Made by a program: the position numbers and the translations under genes. Positions 37,953 through 51,169 of a DNA stretch of 64,000 bases are shown here, one piece after another (within the stretch, counting starts at the first letter, position 1; the number at the start of each line of letters is the position of its first letter). The stretch lies in the NCBI RefSeq assembly GCF_009914755.1, contig NC_060930.1, one strand, 5' to 3'. This DNA comes from the human T2T-CHM13v2.0 reference genome, Homo sapiens. The notes beneath the pieces were generated by a model. The model was not told where the DNA came from. It did no database searches and worked only from the letters and a program-made list of their open reading frames with translations.

Positions 37953-40348
37953 ATTAGTTCTGTCCCTCTAGAAAACCTGACTAATACAGATTTTGGTAAC
38001 AGGAGTGGTTCTAGAGGAACAGAATATTAAGGATGGAGTTCTTTTGTTAGTTTAGGGGTTTCTGGAGTTGGTTGCTTAATATGATTAGACCCAAAAATGC
38101 TAAGGACTCTACTTCTAATAGTGTGGAGAATGCTGATAGTCCCTGGCATGAACTGTTTAGAGAGTAACGCAAAATAAATGCATTTCACACTATTCACTGC
38201 TCCTGAGAGGCAAGTTTAGTGACTCTAACCTAATAATTTTGACCATATGTAGAGAACCAAGGAACATAATGAAGCTGGTTGGTTGCTCCTAAGTTCAGTG
38301 GACAAAGTGATAAAAGAAGATAATGAACTCAGGGATTCTGTCTCCCAGCTTCAGAAGCAGATACTGAGCCTCAAATCTGCTAAGATTGCCCCATGAGTGA
38401 CAGTCTTATCTCCTGTAGAGAAAGAGCTGAAATTGTGGAAAAACAGACAAAAGCTCCTATCATGTGAGTAGCTGACCTGCGATGAAAGATGCATACACAG
38501 CCTCACCAAGTGTCTACTGTTAAAGTGAGGGCATTGATCAGAAAAGAATGAGACCCTGCAACTTGGAATGGGGATATGTGGGAGGATCCTAATGAAGCTG
38601 GGGACACTAAGTGTGTAAATTATGATGAAACTTTTTTTGCTAGAAGAATCAGCTTCCCCGTCCCTAGTATTGGCAACATCCCCTCCCCAGCCCATGCTGT
38701 CATCAGCCTTTCCACCTTTATCTGAGAAGACAAACCCTGCACTGCCTGAGGCAACAGTGATGGCCTGCCCTGAAGCAGTTGCCAGGCAAGATAATGTTGA
38801 TTCTCCTCAGGAGCCACCCCTAACACCTCTGTTTGCTTCTAGACCTATGACTAGACTAAAGTCCCAGCGGTCCCCTAGAGGTGAGGTTGAGAGTGTGACC
38901 CATGAGGAGGTGCACTACACTCAAAAAGAGCTGTTTCAGTTTTCTAATTTATATCAATAGAAATGTGGAGAACAGGCATGGGAATGGATATTACAGGTAT
39001 GGGATAATGGTGAAAGGAACATAGAGTTGGATAAGGCTGAATTTATTGATTTGGGCCATTAAGTAAGGACTCTGCTTTTAATGTTGCAGCTCGGGGAGTT
39101 AAAGAAGGTCGTAATAGTTTATTTTCTTGGTTAGCTGAAATATGGATTAAAAGGTGGCCCACTGTGAGCAAGCTGGAAATGTCTGATCTCCCTTGGTTTA
39201 ATGTAGAGGAAGGAATTAAAAAGCTTAGGGAGATTGGGATGGTGGAATGGATTAGTCAGTTTAGACCTACTCATCCCAACTGGGAAGGTCTAGAAGATTT
39301 ACCCTTGACCAGTGCCTTGTGAAATAGGTTTGTGAGGGCAGCACCTGCATCTTTGAAGAGCCCTGTAATTGCTCTTCTCTGCATGTCAGAGCTAACAGTG
39401 GGAATCACAGTACTCAACTATAAAATTTAAATACAATGGGAATAATTGGATCCCGAGGTGTCAGGGGCCAAGTGGCAGCATTCAACCATCAAAGGCAAGG
39501 TGAGTGTAGCTACCATAATGGACAGCAGAGGCAAAGTGGCAGTCATAATAGTCCAACTCATGCAGAGCTCTGGCATTGGCTAATTAATCATGGTGTTCCT
39601 AGGAATGAAATTGATAGGAAGCCTACTTCATTCCTACTTAATTTATACAAGCAGAAAACTTCTATGTGCAATGGACAAAAGACTAATTTTAATCATAAAA
39701 ACAAAGAATCATGGCCCCTCAGTCAATTTCCAGACTTGAGCCAGTTTACAGACCCAGAACCCCTTGAATGAAAAGGAAGCTGGGTCTCCTTGAAGAAGGA
39801 CCCCACTACATTACTGACAATTTATGCAGTGAATCTTCTTCCATCCTTCTGTGAGGAGACCTCCAGCCTTTTACCAGGGTAACTGTGCACTGGGGAGAGG
39901 AAAATGATTAGATATTTCAGGAATACAGGACACTGGCTCTGAGCTGACATTGATTCCAGGGAACCCAAAACATCATTGTGGCCCTCCAGTTAAAGTAGGA
40001 GCTTATGGAGTTCAGGTAATTAATGGAGTTTTAGCTCAGGTCTGACTTACAATGGGTACAATGAATCCCCAGACTCATCCTGTGGTCATTTCCCCACTTA
40101 ATGCATTTTCCCAATTAATTTTCCCAATTAATGCATCATTTCCCCAATGCAATTTCCCCAATTAATGCATAATTGGCATAGGAATAGTTAGCAGCTGGCA
40201 GAACCCCCACACTGGCATGCTGACTGGTAGAGTGAGGGATATTATGGTGGGATAGGCCAAATGGAAGCCATCGGAGCTGCCTTTACCTGGAAAAATAGTA
40301 AATCAACAATGTCACATCCCTGGAGGTACAGAGGAGATTAGTGCCACC

Positions 40349-40855
40349 ATGAAGAACTTAAAAGACACAGGGGTGGTGATTCAAATCACATCCCCATTCA
40401 ACTCTCCCAAATGGCCTGTGCAGAAGACAGACAGATCTTGGAGAATGACAGTGGATTATTGTAAGCTTAACCAAGTGGTGACGACTCCAACTGCAGCTGC
40501 TGCACCAGATGTGGTTTCATTGCTTGAGCAAATTAACACATCTCCTGGTACCTGGTATGCAGCCATTGACTTGGCAAATGCCTTTTTCTCCATTCCTGTC
40601 CATAAGGCCCACAAGAAGCAATTTGCCTTCAGCTGGCAAGGCCAGCAATATGCGTTTACTGTCCTGCCTCAGGGGTATATCAACAATCCAGCTTTGTGTC
40701 ATAATCTGATTCAAAGAAACCTTGATCACTTTCCGCTTCTGCAAGATATCACACTGGTCCATTACCTTAATGACATTGTGCTGATTGGATCCGGTGAGCA
40801 AAAAGTAGCAAACACACTGGACTTATTGATGAGACATTTGCGTGCCAGAGGATAG
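40349..40855 (+). pseudogene. HERV-L reverse transcriptase fragment (defective)
   Basis: RT motifs present; YxDD degenerated to YLND; flanked by stops and frameshifts. Confidence 0.9.
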
Positions 40856-43800
40856 GAAATAAATCTGACTAAAATTCAGGGACCTTCTACCTCAGTAAAA
40901 TTCTAGGGGTCCAATGGTGTGGGACCTGCCAAGATATTCCTTCTAAGGTGAAGAATAAGTTGCTGCATTTGGCTCCTCCTACAACCAAGAAAGAGGCACA
41001 ATGCCTAGTGGGCCGATTTGGATTTTGGAGGCAACACATTCCTCATTTGGGTATGTTACTCCGGCCCATTTATCAAGTGACCTGAAAGGCTGCCAGTTTT
41101 GGGTAGGGTACAGAACAGGAGAAGGCTCTGCAACATGTCCAGGCTGCTGTGCAAGCTGCTCTGCCCTTTGGGCTATATGACCCAGCAAACCCAATGATGT
41201 TTGAGGTGTCAGTGGTAGATAGGGATGCTGTTGGAGCCTTTGGCAGGCCCACATAGTTGAATCACAGCAGAGGCCTCCAGGATTTTGGAGCAAGGCCCTG
41301 CCATCTTCTGCAGATAACTACTCTCCTTTTGAGAGACAGCTCTTAGCCTGTTACTGGGCTTTGGTAGAAACTGAACATTTGACTATGGGTCATCAAGTCA
41401 CCATGCAACCTGAACTGCCTATCATGAACTGGATGCTTTGTGACTAATCTAGCCATAAAGTGGGTCATGCACAGCAGCATTCCATCATCAAATGGAAGTG
41501 GCATGTACATGATCGGGCTCAAGCAGATCCCGAAGGCACAAGTAAGGTACATGAGGAAGTGGCTCAGATGCCCAGGGTCTCCACTCCTGCCACCCTGCTT
41601 TCTCTTCCTCAGCCTGCACCGATGGCCTCATGAGGAGTTCCCTATGATCAGTTGACAGAGGAACAGAAGAATAGGGCCTTGTTCACAGATTGTTCTGCAC
41701 GATATGGAGGCACCACCCAAAAGTGGACAGCTGCAGCACTACAGCCCCTTTCTAGGACATCCCTGAAGGGCAGCAGTGAAAGGAAATCTTCCTAGTGAGC
41801 AGTTCACCTGGTTGTGCAGTTTGCATGGAATGAGAAATAGCCAGATGTGCGATTATATACTGATTCATAGGCTGTAGCCAATGGTTTGGCTGGAGGGTCA
41901 GGGACTTGGAAGAAGCATGATTGGAAAATTGGTGACAAAGAAATTTGGGGAAGAGGTTTGTGGATGGACCTCTCTGGTCAAAACCCACAAAGATATTTGT
42001 ATCCCATGTGAGTGCCCACCAATGGGTGATCTAAGCAGAGGAGGATTTTAATAATCAAATAGGATGACCCGTTCTGTGGACACCACTCAGTCTGTTTTCC
42101 CAGCCACTTCTGTCATCGCCCAATGGGCCAATGAACAAAGTGGCTATGGCAGTAGGGATGGAGGGTATACATAGGCTTAGCAACATAGACTTTCACTCAC
42201 CAAGGCTGACCTGGCTATGGCCACTTCTGAGTGCCCAATTTGCCAGCAGCAGAGACCAACACTGAGCTCTCAATATGACACCATTCCTTGGGCGATCAGC
42301 CAGCTACCTGGTGACAGGTTGATTATTGGACCTCTTCCATTATGGAAAGGGCAGAAGTTTGTCTTCACTGGAATAGACACTTACTCCGGATATGGGTTTG
42401 CCTATCCTGCATGCAATGCTTCTGCCAAGACTACCATCATGGAGTCACAGAATGCCTTGTCCACCCTTATGGTATTCCACACAGCATTGCCTCTAACCAA
42501 GGCACTCACTTCATGGCTAAAGAAGTGCAGCAGTGGGCTCATGCTCATGGAATTCACTGGTCTTACCATGTTCTCCATCCTGAAGCAGCTGGATTGATAG
42601 AATGGTGTAATGACCTTTTGAAGTCACAATAACAATGCCAACTAGGTGACGATACTTTGCAGGGCTGGGGCAAAGTTCTCCGGAAGACTGTGTATGCTCT
42701 GAATCAGCATCCAATATAGGATAGTGTTTCTCCCATAGCCAGAATTCTCGAGTACAGGAATCAAGGATTGGAAGTGGCAGCACTCACCATCACCCCTAGT
42801 GACCCACTAGCAAAATTTTTGCTTCCTGCTCCCACAACATTATGTTCTGCTGGCCTAGAGGTCTTAGTTCCAGAGGGAGGAATGCTGCCACCAGGAGACA
42901 CAACATCGATTTCATTAAACTAGAAGTTAAGATTGCCACCTGGATACTTTGGGCTCCTCCTACATTTAAGTCAACAGGCTATGAAGGGAGTTAGTGTTGG
43001 CTGGCGTGATTGACCTGGACTATCAAGATGAAATCAGTCTACTACTCCACAACAGAGGTAAGGAAGAGTATGCATGGAATACAGGCGATCCATTAGGATG
43101 CCTCTTAGTATTACCATGCCCTGTGATTAAGGTCAATGGGAAACTACAACAGCCCGATCCGGGCAGGACTACAAATGGCCCAGATCCCTCAGGAATGTAG
43201 GTTTGGGTCACTCCACCAGGAAAAAAAAACACAACCTGCTGAGGTGCTTGCTGAAGGCAAAGGGAATACAGAATGGGTAGTAGAAGAAGGTAGTCATCAA
43301 TACCAGCTATGCCCACGTGACCACCTGCAGAAACAGGGACTGCAATGGTCATGAATATTTCCTCCTTCTTTTGCTAAAAGTCATGTTTGTGCATGTATAC
43401 ACTTGGACTAAGAAAATACCTTTATTTTATTTCCTTTTCCTTTATCATGTGACATAAGATTTATTGACTTCATGTCAGCATTTAAGTTTTATTAACTTTA
43501 TGTAATAGTACTTGGGGATTGGTGCGTTTCTGGTTGTACGAAGGATCATTGTATTATGTTGGTGTAATTATGACCTTATTATTGTCTTTGTTTGAAGATT
43601 ATGTATGATCTCAGGAGATGAGTATGGGTTCAAGTTGACAAGGGGTGGACTTGTGATGGTTAATACTGAGTGTCAGCTTGATTAAATTGAATGATACAAA
43701 GTATTGATCCTGGGTGTGTCTATGAGGGTATTGCCAAAAGAGATTAACATTTGAGACAGTGGACCAGGGAAGGCAGATCCATTCTTAATCTGGTGGGCAC

Positions 43801-44105
43801 AGTCTAATCAGCTGCCAGCAAATATAAAGCAAGAAGAAAAACTTGAAAAGGAGAGAGACTGGCCTAGCCTCCCAGCCTACATCTTTCTCCCATGCTGGAT
43901 GCTTCCTGCCCTCGAACATCAGATTCCAAGTTCTTCAGTTTTGAGACTCGAACTGGCTCTCCTTTCTCCTCAGCTTGCAGACAGCCTATTGTGTGAACTT
44001 GTGATTGTGTAAATTAATACTTAATAAACTCTTATATATATATATACACACACACACGTATATGTGCTATTAGTTCTGTTCCTCTAGAGAACCGTGACTA
44101 ATACA

Positions 44106-45890
44106 TGTATCTATCGAGATAACAATATTATTTTTGTTTTTCATTCTGTTTATGTGATGTATCACATTTATTGACTTGCGTATGTTAAACCATCCCTGCA
44201 TCCCTGGTATGAAACCCACTTGATCATGGTGGATTATCTTTTTGATATGCTGTTGGATGGATTAACCAGTATTTTGTTGAGAATTTTTGCATCTATGTTT
44301 ATTAGGGATATTGGTGTGTAGTTTACTTTTTTGGTTATGTCTTTTCCTGCTTTTGGCTTCATAGAATGATTTAGGGAGGATGCCCTCTTTACCTTTTGAA
44401 ATAGTTTCAGTAAGATTGAGACCAATTCTTCTTTGAATGTCTGATGGAATTCAGCTGTGAATTCATCTGGTCCTGGACTTTTTTTGGTTGGCAATTTTTT
44501 TTTATTGCTCTTTCAATCTTGCTACTTGTTATTGGTCTGTTCAGTTTCTGTTTTTTCCTGATTTAATCTGGAGGGTTGTATATTTCCAGGAATTTATCAA
44601 TATCAATCTATTCTAGATTTTCTAGTTTGTGTGTGTAAAGGTATTCATGGTAGCCTTGAATTTCTGTGGTATCAGTTGTAATATATCCTGTTTCATTTCT
44701 ACTTCAGCTCGTTTGGGTCTTTTCTTCTCTTGGTTAATTTCACTAATGGTCTATCAATTGCTTATCTTTTCAAAGAACCAGCTTTTTGTTTCATTTATCA
44801 TTTTTCATGCTTCAATTTTATTTAGTTCTGCTCAGATCTTTGTTATTTTATTTCTTATGCTGGGTTTGAGTTTGGTTTGTTCTTGTTTCTCTAGTTCCTT
44901 GAGGTTTGACCTTAGATTGTCTTTTTGTGCTCTTTCAGACATTTTCATGTAGGCATTTAATGCTATGAACTTTCGTCTTAGTACTTCTTTTGCTGTATTC
45001 CAGGGTTTTAATAGGTTGTGTCACTATTATCATTCAGTTCAAAGAATTTTTAAATTTCCATCTTGATTTTAATGTTGACTCAAAGATCATTGAAGAGCAA
45101 GTTATTTAATTTCCATGTATTCACACAGTTTTGAGGGTTCCTTTGGAGTTAATTTCCAGTTTCAGTCCACTGTGGTCTGAGAGAGTACTTGATATAATTT
45201 TGATTTTCTTAAATGTATTGAGACTTACTTTGTGACCTATCATATGGTCTACCTTGGAGAATGTTCCATGTGATAATGACAAAAATGTATATTCTGCAGT
45301 TGTTGGGTAGAATGTTCTGTAAATATCTGTTAAGTCCATTTGTTCTAGGGTATAGTTTAAGTCCATTTTGTCTTTGTTGACTTTCTTGATGACCTGTCTA
45401 GTGCTGTCAGTGAAGTATTGAAGTCCCCCACTATTATTGTGTTGCCACCTATCTCATTTATTAGATCCAGTAATAATTGTTTTATAAATTTGGAACCCCT
45501 AGTGTTAGGTGCATATATATTAAGGATTGTGATACTTTCCTGTTAGACTAATCCTTTTGTCATTATATAGTGTTCCTCTTTGTCTTTTTTTTTTTAAACT
45601 GTTGTTGCTTTAAAGGCTGTTTTGTCTGATATAACAATAGCTACTCCTGCTCACTTTTGGCTTCCATTTGCATGAAATATTTCCACCCCTTTACCTTCAG
45701 TTTATGTGAGTCCTTATGTGTTAGGCATTCTCTTGAAGACAGCAGATACTCGATTGGTGGATTTTTACCCATTCTGCCAATCTGTATCTTTTAAGTGGAG
45801 CATTTAGATTATTGACATTCAACATTAGCATTGAGATGTGAGGTACTATTTTATTCATCATGCAGGTTGTTGCCTTAATACCTTGTTTTT
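44106..45890 (-). mobile_element. Continuation of the L1 split by HERV-L (ORF2 endonuclease/RT region)
   Basis: [13 protein letters not shown]; DLTDIYRTFYP..SDHSG endonuclease motif. Confidence 0.88.
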
Positions 45891-46135
45891 TCCATTTCAT
45901 AGTGTTGTTGAAGAGTGATGGCTAAATGTATCCAGCATAATTCGCCTACACTTAGTTTTCTAGATAATTGAGTTGGGTGGCCCCATTTTAATAATGACAA
46001 ACATGAAATTCTAAATGCAATATCATCTTGGAGAGATTATTTGATTTTTTCCTATAGGAATTGTCTCCAAACTGCTTTCTAGACAGCCTCACAAAGCATC
46101 TAGAATGTATAAATTTGACTTTCATAATGCATTAA

Positions 46136-47150
46136 TGATATGGTTTGGCTGTGTTCCCACCCAAATCTCATCTTGAATTGTAGTTCCCATAATTCCCATG
46201 TGTCATGGGAGAAATGTAGTGGGAGTTAATTGAATCATGGGGGCAGATCCCCCATGCTGTTCTCATGATAGAGTGACTCTCATGAAATCTGATGCTTTTA
46301 TAAGCATCTGACATTTCCCCTGATTACACTAATTCTCTCTTCTGCTGCCATGTGACAAGGTGCCTTCTGCCATGATTATAAGTTTCCTAAGGCCTCCCCA
46401 GCAATGCGGAACTGTAAGTCAATTAAACCTCTGTTGTTTATAAATTACCCAGCCTCAGGTATTTCTTCATAGCAGTGTGAGAATGGACTAATACAGTAAA
46501 TTAGTACCAGGAGTGGGGTGCTACTATAAAGATACCCAGGAATGTGGAAGTGACTTTGGAACTGGGTAACAAGCAGAGGTTGGGACAGGTTAGAGGGCTC
46601 AGAAGAAGACATGAACATGTGGGAAAGTTTGGAACTTCCTAGAGACTCAGAGGGCTCCGAAGACAGGAAGATATGGGAAAGCTTGAAACTTCCTAGAGAC
46701 TTGTTGAATGGTTTTGACCAAAATGCTGATAGTAATATGGACAATGAAGTCCAGGCTGAGGTGGCCTCAGATGGAGATGAGAAACTTGTTGGGAGCTGGA
46801 ATAAAGGTGATTCTTGCTACGCTTTAGCAATGAGACTGGCAGCATTTTGCCCCTGCCCTAGAGATATGTGGAACTTTGAACTTGAGAGAGATGATTTAGT
46901 GTATCTGCCAGAAGAAATTTCTAAGCAGCAAAGTGTTCAAGAGGAAGCAGAGCATAAAAGTTTGAAAAATTCGCATCCTGATGATGCAATAGAAAATAAA
47001 AACCCATTTTCTGGAGAGAAATTCAAGCCCACTGCAGAAATTTGCATCAGTAAGGGGGAGCTCAATGTCAATCACCATGACAATGGGGAAAATATCTCCA
47101 GGGAATGTCAGAGACTTTCACAGCAACCTCTCCCATCACAAGCCCAGAGG
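46136..47150 (+). mobile_element. THE1 (MaLR) LTR 46136-46495 plus truncated THE1-int
   Basis: TGATATGGTTTGGCTGTG...GACTAATACA; internal ORF WESLELPRDLLNGFDQNADS. Confidence 0.9.
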
Positions 47151-48653
47151 TCATCCTTAAGTGAAAAAATCAACCACAGGAGATGACATGATAATAGGCT
47201 TATTACAGTAGAGGAAGGTACAAAGTGTTTCTCATCATTGGTGTGTTTGTTAAAATGGGGAGGGGTTACTGAGTGAGTGGGCAGTGGGTGGTGGTGGTGA
47301 CAACCACATTCTCTCACTGTGGCCCAACACTTTTGAAGCAGTTTCCCATTTCTCCATTAGATGTGTCTTCTCCACATGCAGAAAATGTAGTCTCATAGCT
47401 TCCCTATTGGGTGCTGGACTGTTGGCATTTCATTATTTTTTTTAAATCAAAGACATGGATATCTTTTTTCTTAGTTGATTTCTAGGACTTCAAGGTTATT
47501 TGGGGGAAGAAGTTGCTTGAGGAGGCTCCTGGGTGGACCATGGAGTCCCTCCTAGGGATTTATTTGGTGCTCCTGGTGTGGGTGACTATCTCCCTGAGTC
47601 CCAAAAGACAGCACATTCTGCCGGGTACCCAGAGGTGGGGACAGATGCTAACAGCTCCATCTTATAAGTGCAACATGAAATTTAAGGTCAGGGAATCTCT
47701 TAACTTTTCTTGAAGGACCTCATATTTAGCTTCTTGACTCAAAATCATTTGTGGATTTGAACAGGTTTCCTCTGCAATGTACTCTCTGGAGGGGAATACA
47801 TTGAAAATACAGTTCATTTTCAGATACTCAATGGGATTGAAAAGTTGAATTGTGTGCTTTCTTGCAGTGAGCACAGAGGAATTTGCTGTCCCATGCCACT
47901 GGGACATTTTTAGGAGCACCATTCTCTTCCAGAGGGCTTGAGTAAGGTCAGTGAGGAATTAACATGTAGCATATTGGCAACTCCAGGGTTGAGCAGGGAG
48001 ACACACATGTTTTTCTGATGTGTGAAGTTCTGAGGGCATTTTCCAAAGTACTTGTTCACTGAGCAGGTGTTTCCACTACTTGCATTAAGTCAGGGGATAT
48101 GGAAGCCACTTTTCCAGCAATCAAACTCAATGAGAAGATGAACAAGAAGTGTTCTGAAAGTAAGCAGAAAAGGCCCTTTCCATGAATTTTCCTAATTTTT
48201 AGATTTCTCTTAAACAACATGCCTGAAGTTACAACCACATCCTTCTCTAGCAGCTTCTAAATGAGAAAATCATCAAAAGGGTATTTAGTACTCAAGTGGT
48301 GGACACAGGATAAATGCTGAAAATCAGTGCTCGATTCGAAGATAGTGATGTTCCAGGATGTTGGAGTCTCTCAGGTGTCAGTAGGGAGGCGGGCCGGGAA
48401 CTTCTCCCAGTAACCAGAAAGAAGAGCCTCAGGGAGATGAGGATGTCTCACAGCCAGGGACGGGACAGTAAAGGGCCCCATGTGAGTGCATCACAGGGAT
48501 CTGTTCCTGTTTAGACTCCAATGCTCAGTACCCAGTGCAGAACATGGCAAGACTTCAGCAAATACATCAGTCAGCTGGATGAAGGAGGCAGGTGTGAGCC
48601 AGCAAAAAAAAGCTTGTGATTTTATTGGAGCATGAATTTAAAAGTGTTGATGT

Positions 48654-48944
48654 GGCTGGGCGCGGTGGCTCATGCCTGTAATCCCAGCACTTTGGGAGGC
48701 CGAGGTGGGTGGATCACGAGGTCAGGAGTACGAGACCAGCTTGACCAACATGGTAAAACCCCATCTCTACTAAAAATACAAAAATTAGCCGGGCATGGTG
48801 GCAGACGCCTGTAATCCCAGCTACTTGGGAAGCTGAGGCAGAGAATTGCTTGAACCCAGGAGGCGGAGATTGCAGTGAGCTGAGATCATGCCACTGCACT
48901 CCAGCCTGGGTGACAGAGCGAGACTCCATCTCAAAAAAAAAAAA
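48654..48944 (+). mobile_element. Alu (S family)
   Basis: TSD aaaagtgttgatgt. Confidence 0.92.
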
Positions 48945-50527
48945 GTGTTGATGTACCTACCTTGCAAGGAGGTAGATAGGTAGACAGAAGCATGGATAGA
49001 TGGATGGATATTCTTTTTCTGTGTTTTTCTATTTCTGTTCTTTCTCTGTGTTTTGTCTCTTTCTCTTGCTCTGTCTGTATCTTCCACTGTTCCTTCATAA
49101 TCATGTCTTAGCCATCATCAGTGACATCTTTTATCTGGTCTTATAAGATCTTGTCTGTCTGTTGTATTAGTAGCCACAGGACAGAAAAAGGAAAGGAGTC
49201 GTGAAAAACAAGATAAGGAAAAAGATGCTCCTGACATGGGGCATCGGGAGGATGTGTGGCCCTGAGGCTCCCGGGAGACAGGGGCTGCGCCTCACTGCAG
49301 AGTCCATCCTGCTGAACACAGAGGGGAAAAGCGCCCTGACAGCCCCGTCCGTGCTGCTCAGAAAAGACGGCTCCGTCTCCAGATCCTTCTCTCTATGTCC
49401 TTCAGTCTTGGCTCTCTAGGTACAATTTACTGCTATGAAAAGGGATTTGAGAATTCCCAGAGGAGCCTTTCAGCCTCTTTGCATGGCTCTTTCTGGCCTT
49501 TCAAAAGCGCCAGAGACATCAGAAATGAAATCGTACACACTTATTCGGAGTTTTCCACAATCATTGAAATTTCTGTGAGTGCCAAAGTTAAGTTTTTGGC
49601 AACCCCGTCAAAGCCGGGTGTGCCCAGGACAGTCAACTCAGGCGCTGGACTCTCATTCTGGTTGGATTTTATGACAGCCGTATTCGCCATAAGAATTCTA
49701 GAGCCAGACCTTGTTACTTCACAATTGCCTCACGTTGCAGGACAAGCAAATCTAGCCTGAGTCCTGTGGATTCCAGGGCTGCTCAGGAGACGCCTCCATC
49801 CTGGCGTGGATGACCTCAGGATCAGCCCCGTCTGCCCCACTCAGCCCGCAGCCTGGTCCCCGAAAGCGCTCAGTCAGAATCCGAGAGCAGTGTGGCGGCG
49901 CCCCCGTGTGGCCACAGGACTGAAGACAAAGGACCCCGCTCCCCTTTCTCCCCAGCCAGGACGTCCCAGGCTCTCCCCCTGTTCCCCGCACCTGGACGGG
50001 ACTCTGCACAGAAGAGAGTCTCCCGGTCTCGTGTCAGGCTCTGAGTTCATCCAGCTTCCCAAAATCCATGTTGATATGAACGTTTTCTCCCACAACTGAT
50101 TGACTGGACTTTTGTCTCAGGGCAGAGGGAGGCCTCCAGACCAAAACAGCAGGATCAGGTCTGGAGCTGACTCAACCCCAAACCCTTGCTAATGCACGAC
50201 CCAGTCCCCCAGCCTCCAGGATGGGACCTTGGCCTCCTGTCCCCTCCCTTGTTCCTGCCACTGCTCCTGCAGGTGGAGGCTGCTCATCCCAGGAATCAGT
50301 CTGTGAGCTCCAACCTTGGGGCCTCGGTCCAGGAAGGAGGGAGGCTCCAGAGAGCAGAAGGGAGATGAAATGGATCATAAGAGAAGAAGGAATCATACCA
50401 AACACTGGAACTGTAGGTCAATTAAACCTTTTTCTTTATAAGGGGGGGGGAGGAAGAGGAGGAGGAAAAAGGAGGAGGGTGAAAGGAGTCAGGGAGGAGA
50501 GAAAAGTGGGAAGTGTTTCTTTAGAAG

Positions 50528-50528
<1 letters not shown>

Positions 50529-50563
<35 letters not shown>

Positions 50564-50577
50564 GTGTAGGTGTGTGT
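50529..50577. repeat. (TG)n microsatellite next to a GA-rich purine tract
   Basis: gtgtgtgt... preceded by ggggggggaggaagaggaggagg. Confidence 0.9.
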
Positions 50578-51169
50578 AAAGCAGGAGGGAGTTCCTAGGA
50601 TCCTGAAGAAAAGAGAGTGAAGGACAGGGGCTAAGGGGCCCAGCCCTGGTAGGTTGAGGGCCCCACTTTCTGTGCTCGGGCCTTACTGTCCTAGCAGAGT
50701 CCAGCCCCGGGAAGCCTGGGGTCACAGCACTCGGCTTGCTGGATGGCTGCCTCTTCATTGTCTTTGACAGCAGGAGCTACCTTGCCAGGCCCAGTGGCCA
50801 CAGGGTCACAGGCAGAGAGCAGGTCCCTCTGCTGGCAGCCAAGGAGATGCTCTTGGAGGATACGTGCACAACTTAGCTGGGAGTCTGAAGATGGTGGTGG
50901 GTTACAAAGAGCTCAGCGATGAGCCTGGCCCAAGATTCTGACCCCTTGCCCTGGATCCTGAGGGTTCCACCCTTCCCTATTCCCAACAGGTCTCAAGAAT
51001 TCTTCTGTTAGTCTCCTGCCCTCTTGGGACAGCCCCGCACTTCCCTCACTTTGATACCCTGGTACCCAGGCATCTGCCTCCTTCATTCTCCTCCAGCTAC
51101 CCAAGCACCCCCAGGCCCTGCTCTCTGCCAACCCTGATCCCTGAACTCCAGCACTTTCCAAACCCACCC

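Larger units (their letters stand above)
34804..44105 (+). mobile_element. Full-length HERV-L provirus (MLT2A LTRs ~34804-37988 and 43652-44105; gag, pol RT/RNase H/IN, dUTPase; no env), inserted into the L1
   Basis: LTR TGTGATGGTTAATACTGAG...ACTAATACA; PBS region gattttggtaacaggagtgg; PPT aaggggtggac; RT WPVQKTDRSWRMTVDY..LPQG..HYLNDI; IN GIDTYSGYGFAYP; dUTPase AGVIDLDYQDEI after IN; TSD tgcat/tgtat. Confidence 0.95.

Noticed and set aside
35362-38030. 888-, 591- and 399-aa Y/I/S/F-rich ORFs
   Set aside because: Artefacts of the (TA)nTTC array, which rarely forms stop codons on the + strand; no protein-like complexity
38130-43350. Possible intact or domesticated HERV-L gag/pol (Fv1-like)
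   Set aside because: Many stops and frameshifts; longest pieces are under 170 aa; RT catalytic motif mutated
46611-47186. 191-aa ORF
   Set aside because: THE1-internal MaLR sequence, a common repeat-derived ORF
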